Of a stretch of DNA of 28,171 nt, positions 27,054-28,171 are shown in pieces. The notes beneath the pieces were generated by a model. It saw only the letters and a program-made list of their open reading frames with translations. It was not told the origin of the DNA and did not search any database. The DNA comes from a virus. The stretch lies in the UHGV virus genome UHGV-1292719. The stretch is one strand, 5' to 3'. Position numbers and translations under genes: made by a program. The stretch's first letter is position 1; every line of letters begins with the position of its first letter.

Positions 27054-27395
27054 TTAGCCATAGACTTTCTTACACGGGAAAGACCCGATGATTTTCGGCG
27101 CGTCCATGCTGTTCTGCAGCAGCTGGACGTTCAGGAAACGCTTTTCGGTACCAGGGCGACGAATGTATTCAAAGCCGTAGTTGTTACCGTCTTTGGCAGG
27201 CATAAGCCCCATGTCTACTTTCAAACCATTGGTACCCAGCTCGGTGATTTTTTGAGAGGTAACTCTTTCACCGTTGATTGTCGATAACTCGCCCTGGTTT
27301 GCAACCATAGTGTAGCCACCGCATTTAACCGTAAAGCCATCCGCCCACGCGCTGCACGCAGAAAAGACAGCTAACAGAAAAATAATCCCCCTCAT
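27054..27395 (-). CDS. small secreted/periplasmic protein (113 aa) with signal peptide
   Basis: MRGIIFLLAVFSACSAWA then mature domain with two cysteines; AAGGGGA upstream; start 3 nt after the hub-gene stop. Confidence 0.6.
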   Translation of the reverse strand: MRGIIFLLAVFSACSAWADGFTVKCGGYTMVANQGELSTINGERVTSQKITELGTNGLKVDMGLMPAKDGNNYGFEYIRRPGTEKRFLNVQLLQNSMDAPKIIGSFPCKKVYG

Positions 27396-27398
27396 TGC

Positions 27399-28171
27399 TC
27401 ATCCCCTTTGCAAAGCCGATTGCGTATACAGATCCGCCGCGCCACGCGCTTCGCACATCATATCCATGTACCACGCCTGGCCCCTTGTGTCGCCAGTGTA
27501 CATAATCCCGCGCACAATATAAACGCCATCCGTTGCGATGCTGGCAGGCTGCGCCGTGGTGCCGCTAAGCGTGATATTTCCGTCCGTGTTCTGGTCAGTG
27601 ATCTGCCCACCAGCCTTAGCGATATCGTTGTTCGACAGCGCGGTGCGATACACGGAAGCCTGATCCAGTTGAATGAGTCCGTTAACCCGGATGTTCGGAT
27701 TAATAAGCGCGCGGACGTTTACGCCGTTGCCGATGGTCTGCTGCGGCATACCGATAAGCCCGGTAGCGCTGTTGAGCACAATCGCTTTGTGAACATATTC
27801 ATTATTCGCCACCATCTGGCGCTGACCGTCCACGAATTGCCATGTTGCGCCACATTGCCCGGCTACATTATCCATAAGATGCCGCGTCATGCCAAAGAGT
27901 ACCCGCCCCCGGGGGAATACAGTAGCAGGCATTTCAGGCGTCAGGCCTTCGGTCGCACCTTTGGCTTCGAAGTCTTTCATCAGCGCACGGTTCACATCAG
28001 CGACCGTGTAACCGGCAGCCAGCGTCTGTGAGGTTATACTGGTGGCAAAAGCCAGATCTGTATCGGCTGCCTGAATCAGGACGTAGGAATCAACCGGGCT
28101 GTCTTTTCCTGTGACCGAGTAGCGAATTTCACCGCTGAAAATCAGTCCGTAGTTGCGGCCATCACTCTGGC
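27399..28171 (-). CDS. baseplate hub / gpD-like tail protein, C-terminal portion (gene runs off the window end)
   Basis: Hand translation shows the frame open upstream of the ORF-track start (a GTG) to the window edge with no stop; position upstream of the spike gene fits a Mu gp44 / P2 gpD-type protein. Confidence 0.55.
   Translation of the reverse strand, partial: QSDGRNYGLIFSGEIRYSVTGKDSPVDSYVLIQAADTDLAFATSITSQTLAAGYTVADVNRALMKDFEAKGATEGLTPEMPATVFPRGRVLFGMTRHLMDNVAGQCGATWQFVDGQRQMVANNEYVHKAIVLNSATGLIGMPQQTIGNGVNVRALINPNIRVNGLIQLDQASVYRTALSNNDIAKAGGQITDQNTDGNITLSGTTAQPASIATDGVYIVRGIMYTGDTRGQAWYMDMMCEARGAADLYTQSALQRG

Noticed and set aside
27408-28031. 207-aa plus-strand ORF
   Set aside because: Antisense to the hub gene, whose frame is open to the window edge and fits the baseplate gene order.

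Overview
This window holds a mosaic lambdoid prophage followed by a second, unrelated phage remnant. The prophage (1-17162) is read right-to-left for late functions on the minus strand: terminase, a cargo slot, lysis cassette (holin, endolysin, Rz/Rz1), two tRNA-like genes, Q, a reduced nin region, P, O with ori iterons, cII and a P22-type cro. On the plus strand it carries a P22-type c2 repressor, N, lambda-like ral/ea10/cIII/kil/gam/bet/exo, an orphan N6-adenine methyltransferase, small exo-xis genes, xis and a 387-aa integrase, ending at a 46-bp tRNA-Thr 3'-end att core (17117-17162). Right of the att core lie an AT-rich islet encoding an AIDA-like autotransporter, a truncated Din-family invertase next to an invertible tail-fibre switch, and a Mu/e14-like baseplate cluster running off the window. 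The most interesting candidates are two unclassified cargo modules: a cytoplasmic trypsin-fold serine protease with a small partner gene and palindromic operator in the Rz-terminase slot (1454-2487), and a TPR-like plus HEPN-like gene pair with its own terminator inserted between baseplate hub and spike genes (25764-26917). All protein identifications are from motif reading and recall of well-known phage proteins, not database searches.
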